A DNA stretch of 14,232 bases from assembly GCA_049699855.1 (NCBI GenBank), contig JBNAWM010000032.1, positions 1 to 14,232 on the forward strand. The letters are read 5' to 3'. This document shows, one piece after another, positions 1 through 7,714 of the stretch. Made by a program: the position numbers and the translations under genes. Under the pieces are notes generated by a model. It did not search any database. It saw only the letters and a list, made by a program, of their open reading frames with translations, and was not told where the DNA came from. The first letter of the stretch is position 1; each line of letters opens with the position of its first letter. This DNA comes from Candidatus Cryosericum sp. (lineage in GTDB: Bacteria; Caldisericota; Caldisericia; Cryosericales; Cryosericaceae).

Positions 1-83
1 AGCGTCGGGAGCAGGAGAATCGTGCCCGACTGGATGGCGCCGGCAAGCAACTTGACCAGGATACTGCCAAATGTTGGATTCAT
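1..83 (-). CDS. ABC transporter permease, nucleoside (BMP-associated) family, second permease; 5' part only, truncated by window edge
   Basis: Not in the ORF track. The minus strand from ATG at 83 reads MNPTFGSILVKLLAGAIQSGTILLLPT, matching the N-terminal 'L..AI..GT.LLL' pattern of this permease family. The ATG overlaps the TGA of the upstream permease (ATGA) and is preceded by GAGGAGG. Confidence 0.8.
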   Translation of the reverse strand, partial: MNPTFGSILVKLLAGAIQSGTILLLPT

Positions 84-1153
84 GCAGCGACCCTCCTCGT
101 CAGCGTGACACGGTAGTGCGTCAGGACTTCTCCCGCCAGCAGGCAGAACAGGATCGCGCTTTCAATGACGCCTACGATCCCAAAGGGCACCCGCATGATG
201 ATCTGAATCTGGTACCCACCGGCTTCCAGCGCGGCCAGAAGCACCGACACCACCACCGCAACAAGCGGGTCAAGACCTGCGAGCCAGGCCGCGATGATGG
301 CCGTGTATCCATAATCCGAGTTGATCTCCAGCTGAAGGATGCGCAGGACGGCAGAGGTGTGGGCAATGCCAGCAAGGCCCGCAAGGCCCCCCGAGACCGC
401 CGCCGCAATGATCACCGTCTTGACCACGTTGATCCCAGCATACCTTGCCGCCCGCTCGTTTTCGCCAATAACCCTGGCCTCATAGCCGAAGCGCGTCTTG
501 CGGATGATGATCCACACGATCACCGCAGCGGCAAGGGCAAAGTACAGCCCCACGTGCAGCCGCGAAGGCGGTGGAAGAATGCGCGGAAGCTGGGCGTTGA
601 GAGCAAAGTTCTTGGAGAGCGGGAAGCCGTGACTGCCCGGATCGCGCCACGTGCCATACATGAAGTACCACAAGATGTAGGAGGCAATGTAGTTGAGGAG
701 CAGGGTGGCAATCACCTCGTTGACATTCCAGTACACCTTGAGCAGTGCGGGAATGATCGCCCACAGTGCTCCTCCGATGGTCCCCAGAACCATCATCAGT
801 GTCAGCAGCACGGGCCGAGACATGGTCGCCGGGCCAAACAGGGCAAGGTAGGATCCGCAGATGGCCCCGATGATATACTGCCCCTTGGCACCGATGTTGA
901 GGAATTTCATGCGATAGGCCAGCGTCAGACCGACAGAGATCAGAATGAGCGGCACCGCGATGACCAGGGTCTCGGAAAACTTGTACGCCGAACCAAAAGC
1001 TCCGCTCACGATGGCACCGTAGACGGTCAGCGGGTTCACGTGAGCAAAGAGCATGACGATCGAACCCACGACCATCCCCAGCAGCACCGAGACCACGGGC
1101 ACCATGATCCGCAGTTGTACCGGCGTCTTTTCGCGCTTCTCGAATCGCAGCAT
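80..1153 (-). CDS. ABC transporter permease, nucleoside (BMP-associated) family
   Basis: 357-aa multi-TM protein with family motifs LNIGAKGQY, NVNEVIATLLLNYIA, TRFGYEARVIGENERAARYAGI and GYTAIIAAWLA. AAGGAG RBS precedes the ATG. Confidence 0.93.
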   Translation of the reverse strand: MLRFEKREKTPVQLRIMVPVVSVLLGMVVGSIVMLFAHVNPLTVYGAIVSGAFGSAYKFSETLVIAVPLILISVGLTLAYRMKFLNIGAKGQYIIGAICGSYLALFGPATMSRPVLLTLMMVLGTIGGALWAIIPALLKVYWNVNEVIATLLLNYIASYILWYFMYGTWRDPGSHGFPLSKNFALNAQLPRILPPPSRLHVGLYFALAAAVIVWIIIRKTRFGYEARVIGENERAARYAGINVVKTVIIAAAVSGGLAGLAGIAHTSAVLRILQLEINSDYGYTAIIAAWLAGLDPLVAVVVSVLLAALEAGGYQIQIIMRVPFGIVGVIESAILFCLLAGEVLTHYRVTLTRRVAA

Positions 1154-1171
1154 GTGCGTCTCCTTTTCTGA

Positions 1172-2701
1172 TCAGGACTGAACGGCAGCGGTGCCGCCCG
1201 CCATCATCAGGCCAATCTGCTCTATGTCGACGTCGTGCACATCCACAATGCCCACGATGCGCCCCTCGTACATCACAGCCACCCGGTCGGCAACCATGAG
1301 GATTTCATCCAGGTCTTCACTGATCAGCAGCACGGCAACCCCGTTGTCCCGCTGTTCGAGCAGTGTCTTGCGCACAAACTCCGTGGCACCGACGTCGAGA
1401 CCGCGGGTAGGATGCTCCGCGATCAGGAGTCTTGGATTCTCGCCAATCTCGCGGGCAAGCAGCAACTTCTGCATGTTGCCGCCCGACAGAACCTTCACCG
1501 GTGCGTTGGGAAGGGGGACGGCGATGTCGTACTTCTCGATGAGCCCGTCGGCATACGTGCATGCAGCGCCATAGTTAATAAATGCGCCCGTGCTGACCGG
1601 CTGCTGGCGGTACTTCCTCAGCACCGCGTTCTCGACCATGGAAAGGTTGGGCACGAGGCCCACCCCAAGCCTGTCCGAGGGGATGTAGTTGACTCCTGCG
1701 GCCGCCAGCGTGCAGGGAGAAGCGTTGGTGACATCAACGCCATTGATCTTCACGTGTCCGCCCGTCAGGTGGCGCAAGCCGGTGATGCATTCCGCCAGTT
1801 CAACCTGTCCGTTGCCTGCAACACCAGCAACGCCCATGATCTCGCCCCCGTGCACCGCAAGGCTCAGCTTGTCGAGAGCCACAAGGCCCCTGTCATTGCG
1901 AGCCTGGGCATCTTCAACTGTCAGAACCTCAGGACCCGGCTCGCCATCCCCGCGTTCCAGACGGAACAGGACGTCGCGCCCAACCATCATTTTTGCGAGT
2001 TCCCGCTCTGTAATGGAGTCTGTATCGACCGTCCCGACCAGCTTGCCCTTGCGCAGGACGGTGATGCGGTCCGAGACAGCCATCACTTCATTCAGCTTGT
2101 GGCTGATGAAAATGATGGACTTGCCCTCTCCCTTCATCTCCCGGAGGATGCCAAACAGCTCTTCGGACTCCTGTGGCGTGAGGACCGCCGTCGGCTCATC
2201 CAGGATGAGGATGCGAGCTCCCTTGATCAGGGTCTTGATGATCTCCACGCGCTGCTGCTCACCGACCGAGAGCTGCCAGATCTTTGCATAGGGATCGACC
2301 CGGAAGTTGTACCTGGTCGCCATGGCTTCAATCTGGCGGGCGATAGCTTTCTTGTTGACGAAGAACCCCTGGGACTCAAGTCCAAGGATGACATTCTCGA
2401 TCACCGAGAGTGAATCCACCAGCATGAAGTGCTGATGGATCATGCCGATGCCATGCTTCATCGAATCAAGGGGCGAACGCAGGTCTACGCGGTTGCCTTC
2501 GATGAAGATTTCACCCTCATCCGGATAGTAGATGCCATCGAGGACGTTCATGAGCGTCGATTTTCCAGCCCCATTCTCGCCAAGGAGTGTGTGAATCTCG
2601 CCTCTGCGCAAAGCGAAACTGACATGATCGTTTGCCACAATGCCGGGAAAGCGCTTGGTGATATTGTTCATGACAAGCATCAGTTGTTCCTGGCCGTCCA
2701 T
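1172..2701 (-). CDS. ABC transporter ATP-binding protein, tandem NBD (CUT2/nucleoside type)
   Basis: NBD1 has Walker A GENGAGKST, signature LSVGEQQRVEI and Walker B ILILDEPT. NBD2 has a degenerate Walker A GVAGNGQVE and signature LSGGNMQK. Start moved from 2752 to ATG 2701 because GGAGGAAAAG directly precedes it and the extension overlaps a hairpin. Confidence 0.95.
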   Translation of the reverse strand: MDGQEQLMLVMNNITKRFPGIVANDHVSFALRRGEIHTLLGENGAGKSTLMNVLDGIYYPDEGEIFIEGNRVDLRSPLDSMKHGIGMIHQHFMLVDSLSVIENVILGLESQGFFVNKKAIARQIEAMATRYNFRVDPYAKIWQLSVGEQQRVEIIKTLIKGARILILDEPTAVLTPQESEELFGILREMKGEGKSIIFISHKLNEVMAVSDRITVLRKGKLVGTVDTDSITERELAKMMVGRDVLFRLERGDGEPGPEVLTVEDAQARNDRGLVALDKLSLAVHGGEIMGVAGVAGNGQVELAECITGLRHLTGGHVKINGVDVTNASPCTLAAAGVNYIPSDRLGVGLVPNLSMVENAVLRKYRQQPVSTGAFINYGAACTYADGLIEKYDIAVPLPNAPVKVLSGGNMQKLLLAREIGENPRLLIAEHPTRGLDVGATEFVRKTLLEQRDNGVAVLLISEDLDEILMVADRVAVMYEGRIVGIVDVHDVDIEQIGLMMAGGTAAVQS

Positions 2702-2713
2702 CTTTTCCTCCAG

Positions 2714-2751
2714 GCAAAATGAAATGCTCCCCGGCTGTATGCCGGGGAGCA
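2714..2751 (-). terminator. Intercistronic stem-loop or partial intrinsic terminator between the BMP and ATPase genes
   Basis: Perfect 11-bp inverted repeat TGCTCCCCGGC (2725-2735) / GCCGGGGAGCA (2741-2751) with a 5-nt loop, followed on the minus strand by TTTCATTTTG. Confidence 0.75.
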
Positions 2752-2762
2752 CGACTTATCCT

Positions 2763-3884
2763 TTATGAACCGCTCTTTGGAATCTCGCCGATGACGCCCT
2801 GCACGAACCATTGCAGGTTTAGCTGGTCAGCATCGGACATGGTGGTGCCGGCAGGAACGACTGTCTCACCCTTCTGGTTAACCATCGGACCATCAAACGG
2901 GGTGTACTTGCCGTCGAGGATGAGCTGCTTGCGGGCGTTGACGTAGTCGACCACGTCCTGCGGAACAACCGAGCTGATAGGGGCGATGTCGACGATGCCG
3001 TCAGACATTCCTCCCCAGTAGTTGGTGGACTTCCACGTTCCATCCTCAACCGACTTGGCAACCTTCAGATAGTAGGGTCCCCAGTGCCAGATGCGTGAGG
3101 TCAGCACCGACTTGGCTTCCTCCGGCGTCTTCATGCCGGCAGCCATGTCCATGTCGTAGCCGATGCCGTACTTGCCAGCTGCAAACGCGGCGTCCAGAGG
3201 TGCAGGAGAATCGACGCCGGATGCAATGATATCACAGTTCTGATTGAGCAGGGATTTGGCGGCGTCGCCTTCCTTGGCCGGATCAAACCATGAATTGGTG
3301 TAGATGACGGTAACCGTAGCTTTGGGATTGACTTCACGCAGTCCAACCGTGAAGGAGTCAACCTCACGGATGCACTCCGCGATGGAATAGGGCAGGACGA
3401 AGCCGATCTTGTTGGTCTTGGTCATCTTGCCCGCGATGATTCCTGAAAGATAATCAGGCTGTTCCATGCGGCCGAAATAGGTGCCAAGATTGTCAAGGCG
3501 CTTGTATCCCGAGGCATGCTCGAACTTGACCGTCGGATTGTCCTTGGCAGTGTTGACCATGGCATCCATGAACCCGAAGCTGGTCCCGAAAATCAGATCG
3601 TACCCGGCGCTGGCGTAATCCCGGAACGTCTTCTCGGCCTGAGAGCCTTCGGGAACGCTCTCCGAATACTGGGTCTCAACGTTCGGGTCATTCTGCTGCA
3701 GGTACAGGCGTCCGTCTTCGTGCGCCTGGGAGTACCCGCCATCATTGTGCGGCCCAACATAGACAAACGCGACTTTCAGCTTCTTGGTTGCAGGCGGCGT
3801 CGTTGTCGCCGTCTTGCACCCGGTCGAACCCACGGCAAACATGATGGCAAGCAGTACAACCAGTGAAACTTTCAGGAATCTCAT
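2763..3884 (-). CDS. BMP-family ABC substrate-binding lipoprotein (probably purine nucleoside/nucleobase)
   Basis: Motifs KVAFVYVGPHNDGGYSQAHEDGR, DLIFGTSFGFMD, NSWFDPAKEGDAA and YWGGMSDG. Signal peptide MRFLK...VGSTG-C is lipobox-like. Start moved from 4064 to ATG 3884, which has a GGGAGG RBS upstream. Confidence 0.93.
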   Translation of the reverse strand: MRFLKVSLVVLLAIMFAVGSTGCKTATTTPPATKKLKVAFVYVGPHNDGGYSQAHEDGRLYLQQNDPNVETQYSESVPEGSQAEKTFRDYASAGYDLIFGTSFGFMDAMVNTAKDNPTVKFEHASGYKRLDNLGTYFGRMEQPDYLSGIIAGKMTKTNKIGFVLPYSIAECIREVDSFTVGLREVNPKATVTVIYTNSWFDPAKEGDAAKSLLNQNCDIIASGVDSPAPLDAAFAAGKYGIGYDMDMAAGMKTPEEAKSVLTSRIWHWGPYYLKVAKSVEDGTWKSTNYWGGMSDGIVDIAPISSVVPQDVVDYVNARKQLILDGKYTPFDGPMVNQKGETVVPAGTTMSDADQLNLQWFVQGVIGEIPKSGS

Positions 3885-4014
3885 ACTCTCTAGCCTCCCA
3901 TTACTAGACTGACGTTCTCCAGCACGATTTCCAGCGTAGTTCACTTGCCCGGGCACCTTCCATTTCCAGCAGCATCTGCTACCCGGCACTGTCCCATTCC
4001 TTGGTTCACTGGCC

Positions 4015-4042
4015 ATTGTACTGACAACGGCACACAAGTAAA
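4015..4042 (-). promoter_or_regulatory. Putative sigma70-type promoter of the BMP ABC operon
   Basis: Minus strand TTTACT (4042-4037), 16-nt spacer, TACAAT (4020-4015), about 130 nt upstream of the BMP start. Confidence 0.55.
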
Positions 4043-4092
4043 GACCCCCCACTGCCGCCGCCACTGGAACGCTCGCCGCGCCTCCCGCGGAA

Positions 4093-4120
4093 TTGACTCA
4101 GAGAAATCCATGGATATGCT
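4093..4120 (+). promoter_or_regulatory. Possible sigma70-type promoter for the thiT leader
   Basis: TTGACT (4093-4098), 16-nt spacer, TATGCT (4115-4120). Caveat: the implied start site (about 4127) would fall inside the aptamer's 5' P1/P2 strand. Confidence 0.35.
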
Positions 4121-4209
4121 TGTATGGGGTGCCCGCAAGGGCTGAGAGAGTCATGCGACTCAACTCTATGAACCTGATCTGGACAATGCCAGCGTAGGGA
4201 GACGGAGTA
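4117..4209 (+). ncRNA. TPP (thi-box) riboswitch
   Basis: Canonical elements GGGGTG, P3 CCC-GCAA-GGG, CTGAGA, P3a GAGTC-ATGC-GACTC and AACCTGATCTGGACAATGCCAGCGTAGGGA, directly upstream of a ThiT-family gene. Confidence 0.96.
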
Positions 4210-4253
4210 CTGTCACGACACCCCGAATCTATCCGCGGATTAGGGAGGAAGTC

Positions 4254-4808
4254 ATGCATGGAAATTCAAGCACGTCAATCACGATCAAGGAACTGGCCGA
4301 GATGGGGCTGGCGGTAGCCCTCGGCATTGCACTGAACTACCTGTCAAAGGCACTCTGGTCCATGCCGATGGGGGGCACGCTGGAGCTGGGCATCATCCCT
4401 ATTCTGTATGTTGCTCTCAAGTGGGGATGGCGCGATGGACTGATTGTTGGTCTCGCCCTCGGACTGGTGACTCTGATCACTGATCCATGGTTCGTCAACC
4501 CTGTGCAGATCCTTCTCGATTACCCTCTGCCCGGCCTTGCCCTCGGACTCGCCGGCCTGCCCGTTTTTCTGAGGGGACACAACTGGTGGAAAGGGGTGCT
4601 GGCCGCGGGGCTGGTACGCTACGTTTTTCATGTCATTTCGGGCCTGGTGTTCTTTGCCTCCGCCGCCCCCAGCTGGCACATGTCCCCACTGCTCTATTCT
4701 CTTGCGTATAACGCGGCATATGTCGTACCAAGCGTGGCCCTGGCTATCCTGGTCCTCGTTCCCCTTCGGAGGGTGAAGGCTCTCTGGACAGTGGATTCTG
4801 CCCGATGA
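4254..4808 (+). CDS. thiT: Energy-coupling factor thiamine transporter S-component ThiT
   Basis: 184-aa hydrophobic protein with motifs MPMGGTL, PVQILLDYPL, RYVFHVISGLVFFAS and YSLAYN. Downstream of a TPP riboswitch, with a GGGAGG RBS. Confidence 0.92.
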   Translation: MHGNSSTSITIKELAEMGLAVALGIALNYLSKALWSMPMGGTLELGIIPILYVALKWGWRDGLIVGLALGLVTLITDPWFVNPVQILLDYPLPGLALGLAGLPVFLRGHNWWKGVLAAGLVRYVFHVISGLVFFASAAPSWHMSPLLYSLAYNAAYVVPSVALAILVLVPLRRVKALWTVDSAR

Positions 4809-5689
4809 GTGACCGGAAGGCGGCGCTGGTCAACCTCAGCCTGCTCGGGCTGTTTCTCATCTGGGCGAATGCGTTCACCTTTGTGCGCATCGCCACGCGC
4901 TCATTGACACCGGCCAATCTGGCCATTCTGCGATTTGCCCTGGTGTGGCCATTCCTCTTTCTCTTTCCCGGCCTGTACCGGCTGCGCAGACTGGACCGGC
5001 GGGATTGGCCCCGCCTGCTGCTCGTCAGCTTCCTCATGGTCGCCGGGTACCACCTGGCTCTCAATGCCGCAGAAACCCGTGTCACCGCCAGCGTGGCAGC
5101 GCTGACTGCTGGATTTGCGCCCATCCTGACCGGCGTCCTGTCTGCCCTTCTGCTGCGCGAACGGCTGGGTGGGAGGCGCATCGCCGGGCTGGTCGTCTCC
5201 CTTGCGGGCCTCGTGGTCCTGGTGCTGGGCATCAACGGAGGCATCGAGCTGAACAGCCTCGTGGGAGTCGGCCTTGCGTTTCTCGCGCCTCTCTGCTGGT
5301 CGCTTTCCACGGTAGTCAGCAAGCCACTGGTAACTCGCTATCGGGGCCTCGATGTCACCATCTGGGGTCTGTTCCTCGGAACACTGTTCCTGCTGCCCTG
5401 GCTCCGACCTTCTTCGCTCGTCTCGCAGGTTGCGACCATGCCCCTCATCGCCTGGGCGAGCGTCGCGTACCTGGCCTATCTCTCTATCCTGCTCGGATAT
5501 CCGGTCTGGTTCAAGTCGCTTGAAACGAAGAAGGCCTCGGAGACGGGGATGTTTGTCTACCTCAATCCATTGATCGGCACGGCCTCAGGCATCCTGTTTC
5601 TTCATGAATCGCTCACGCCGCTGATGATGCTGGGAGCAGCCGGCATTCTCATCGGACTTGTCATAGCAAATCCGCTTGCAGACGCATGA
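4805..5689 (+). CDS. EamA/DMT-family transporter
   Basis: 294 aa, about 10 TM segments in two EamA repeats (LIWANAF...LRF; APILTGVLSALLLRERL; YLNPLIG..SGILFLHE.L). Start overlaps the thiT stop (ATGA). Confidence 0.9.
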   Translation: MSDRKAALVNLSLLGLFLIWANAFTFVRIATRSLTPANLAILRFALVWPFLFLFPGLYRLRRLDRRDWPRLLLVSFLMVAGYHLALNAAETRVTASVAALTAGFAPILTGVLSALLLRERLGGRRIAGLVVSLAGLVVLVLGINGGIELNSLVGVGLAFLAPLCWSLSTVVSKPLVTRYRGLDVTIWGLFLGTLFLLPWLRPSSLVSQVATMPLIAWASVAYLAYLSILLGYPVWFKSLETKKASETGMFVYLNPLIGTASGILFLHESLTPLMMLGAAGILIGLVIANPLADA

Positions 5690-5720
5690 AGCCTGACACC
5701 CGGCCTGGGGCGCATCTGCT

Positions 5721-5753
5721 TTGACAATCGCAATCTTCTGGGTATGCTATTAA
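5721..5753 (+). promoter_or_regulatory. sigma70-type promoter of the rpmH cluster
   Basis: Perfect TTGACA (5721-5726), 16-nt spacer, TATGCT (5743-5748). An alternative extended -10 TGcTATTAA lies at 5745-5753. AT-rich patch just upstream of the rpmH RBS. Confidence 0.7.
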
Positions 5754-5780
5754 AGAGTTTCATGAGTGGAGGTATCGATA

Positions 5781-5918
5781 ATGAGAACGACATACTCACC
5801 AAAGAACCGCAAGCGCAATCGCACTCTTGGTTTCCTCAACCGTATGAGAAGCCATGGTGGACGCAATGTTCTCGCCCGCAGGAGACTCAAGGGGCGCAAG
5901 AAGCTTATCGTCGCGTAG
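5781..5918 (+). CDS. rpmH: 50S ribosomal protein L34
   Basis: Not in the ORF track. Manual translation gives [45 protein letters not shown] (45 aa, very basic). GGAGGT RBS; lies upstream of rnpA. Confidence 0.95.
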   Translation: MRTTYSPKNRKRNRTLGFLNRMRSHGGRNVLARRRLKGRKKLIVA

Positions 5919-5963
5919 GTGCCCGTCCGTCCGTGGACGGCTGACCCGTTGGTGCAGTGACTG

Positions 5964-6290
5964 TTGGCAAAACTGTGGAAGCGAATCCCAGGCAGCGTAT
6001 ACAAGACGGCCTTCGACAATTCGAAGGCCTTTCACGGTGCGCTGATGGTTGTTTTTGTATCGCCTGCTCTCACCCACGTTGTGGGTTTTACTGCTTCCCG
6101 CAAGGTGGGCGAATCCGTTGAGCGGAACCGCGCAAGGCGTCTCATGAAAGAAGCTTTCCGCTCCGTTTCGCCCGACCTGGTGCCGGATGTGGCCTATGTC
6201 CTTGTGGCACGCAAGCCCATCGGTGGAGCATCGGTAGACGACGTTCGCCGCGAACTCCTGCGGCTGACCGTCCAGTATCGCCGGCAATGA
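5964..6290 (+). CDS. rnpA: Ribonuclease P protein component
   Basis: RNR motif region [26 protein letters not shown] and VLVARK; canonical position. TTG start; an in-frame TGA at 5958-5960 limits upstream extension. Confidence 0.92.
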   Translation: MAKLWKRIPGSVYKTAFDNSKAFHGALMVVFVSPALTHVVGFTASRKVGESVERNRARRLMKEAFRSVSPDLVPDVAYVLVARKPIGGASVDDVRRELLRLTVQYRRQ

Positions 6291-6565
6291 AGAAGATTGT
6301 CACGTTCCTGCTGCGTTTCTATCGCCGGTTCATCAGTCCGTTGAAGGGGCCGACCTGCATCTATTACCCGACGTGTTCGGAGTACACGCTGGAAGCTGTC
6401 GAACGGTATGGTGCCCTGACAGGGCTGTGGCTGGGCCTGAAGCGCGTTCTCCGGTGCCACCCCTATCACAAGGGCGGGTACGATCCGGTCCCGGAACTGC
6501 ACCGTCATGACAAACATGCAACTCATACCCTGGAGGTTTCCGTTGAGTCTAAAAAGGTCTCGTAA
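6287..6565 (+). CDS. yidD: Membrane protein insertion efficiency factor YidD
   Basis: [27 protein letters not shown]...G.WL...[19 protein letters not shown] overlap with rnpA. Confidence 0.95.
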   Translation: MKKIVTFLLRFYRRFISPLKGPTCIYYPTCSEYTLEAVERYGALTGLWLGLKRVLRCHPYHKGGYDPVPELHRHDKHATHTLEVSVESKKVS

Positions 6566-7703
6566 GAGCACATATCGACTTCTGCTCGTTCTCACCCTGC
6601 TGGTTGGTGTTCTGACACTTTCGGGCTGCGCCACGGCAGCAGCGCCCACGACATCATCAGACCCGGTGGGCATCGGCCTTTCGGCTGTCGCCCGCCCGCT
6701 CGAAAACGTGGGTATCGTCATAACGATCAAGAACAACATGACGAAGTTTGTCAGTGACGTCAAGGTTCAGATCGTGTCCATCGATGGAAATCCCGGCATC
6801 GCACCCTTTGCCCTCTGGCAGACACCTGATGCCTCGGTTGCACTGACGGCCCCACTTCTGCCAGGCAAGACCGCCCAGGTCAAGCTGCTTCTGCAGCAAA
6901 AGTCGGCAGCCCCAATCAAGTCGTACGCCGTTGACGTGAGCGTCTCCTACAAAGACGGCGACGGCAACGCGGTCACCAAGGTCATCCCGAATGCCGGCAT
7001 CATCAGGGTGGGCAGCACCAACTTCCTCTCCAACGGCATCCGCTGGATCATCGAGATGCTGTACAAGCTGATTCCCAACTACGCAATTGCCATCATCCTC
7101 CTGACACTCGGACTCAAGCTCATCACGGAGCCTCTTACCCGCATGCAGTTCAAGTCGACGGTCGACATGCAGAAGCTCCAGCCGGAGCTTGCCAAGCTCA
7201 AGGCAAAATACCCCAGCAAGGATGACGCCCAGAAACTCAACGAGGAGACCATGAAGCTGTACAAGGACAACAATGTCAACTTGTTCAGCGGGTGTCTTCC
7301 CCTGCTGGTGCAGTGGCCGGTCTTCCTGGCCCTGTTCACCGCGATCAACAACTATTCGCCGTTCAACAACGCACCATTCCTCTGGGCGCCCGCGCTCTCG
7401 ATGGCATCGAGTGCACTGCCTCTTGCCACCAGGTTCCTCATGCCCATCATCGTCGGTGCCTCGACCTACGTGCAGTCCATCACGTCCTTCATCCCCGGTC
7501 AGGACAGGTCGCAGACCGCCATGCTGACGTACTTCATGCCAATTCTGCTTGCCTACTGGGCCTATGGCTTCAGCATCGCACTCTCGCTGTACTGGGCGCT
7601 CTTTTCCCTGTTCTCGGCAGCACAGCAGTACTACGTCATCAAGCGCCTGACCAAGGGCATGGCCGTGCCTGCGGCGGTTCCCGCCAAGTCGAAGAAGAAA
7701 TGA
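6543..7703 (+). CDS. yidC: YidC/Oxa1 membrane protein insertase, lipoprotein type, with an extra N-terminal beta-rich domain
   Basis: Core motifs [57 protein letters not shown] and LSLYW. Likely start is the in-frame TTG at 6543, with GGAGG at 6532-6536. Lipobox LSG-C. Confidence 0.93.
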   Translation: MSLKRSRKSTYRLLLVLTLLVGVLTLSGCATAAAPTTSSDPVGIGLSAVARPLENVGIVITIKNNMTKFVSDVKVQIVSIDGNPGIAPFALWQTPDASVALTAPLLPGKTAQVKLLLQQKSAAPIKSYAVDVSVSYKDGDGNAVTKVIPNAGIIRVGSTNFLSNGIRWIIEMLYKLIPNYAIAIILLTLGLKLITEPLTRMQFKSTVDMQKLQPELAKLKAKYPSKDDAQKLNEETMKLYKDNNVNLFSGCLPLLVQWPVFLALFTAINNYSPFNNAPFLWAPALSMASSALPLATRFLMPIIVGASTYVQSITSFIPGQDRSQTAMLTYFMPILLAYWAYGFSIALSLYWALFSLFSAAQQYYVIKRLTKGMAVPAAVPAKSKKK

Positions 7704-7714
7704 GAGGAGCATCC

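Noticed and set aside
71..2413. Long plus-strand ORFs 71-1171 and 1235-2413
   Set aside because: Antisense shadows of the permease and ATPase genes, with no recognisable motifs; expected from GC-rich codon bias.
3885..4064. 60-aa N-terminal extension of the BMP protein
   Set aside because: The signal peptide and RBS point to ATG 3884; the extension spans the leader and promoter.
5690..5780. Possible oriC upstream of rpmH
   Set aside because: Only 91 bp long, no DnaA boxes seen, and the AT-rich patch is explained by the promoter.
5919..5963. GTG right after the rpmH stop, in frame with rnpA but interrupted by TGA at 5958-5960 (possible readthrough or pseudogene)
   Set aside because: RnpA from TTG 5964 is nearly normal length with intact motifs, and the upstream peptide does not resemble RnpA. 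All other genes use standard stop codons.
7292..7714. N-terminal extension of Jag in the ORF track, considered as a possible Jag_N domain or YidC-Jag frameshift fusion
   Set aside because: It overlaps yidC out of frame and does not resemble Jag_N. A strong RBS precedes ATG 7715 and yidC ends normally with a basic tail.
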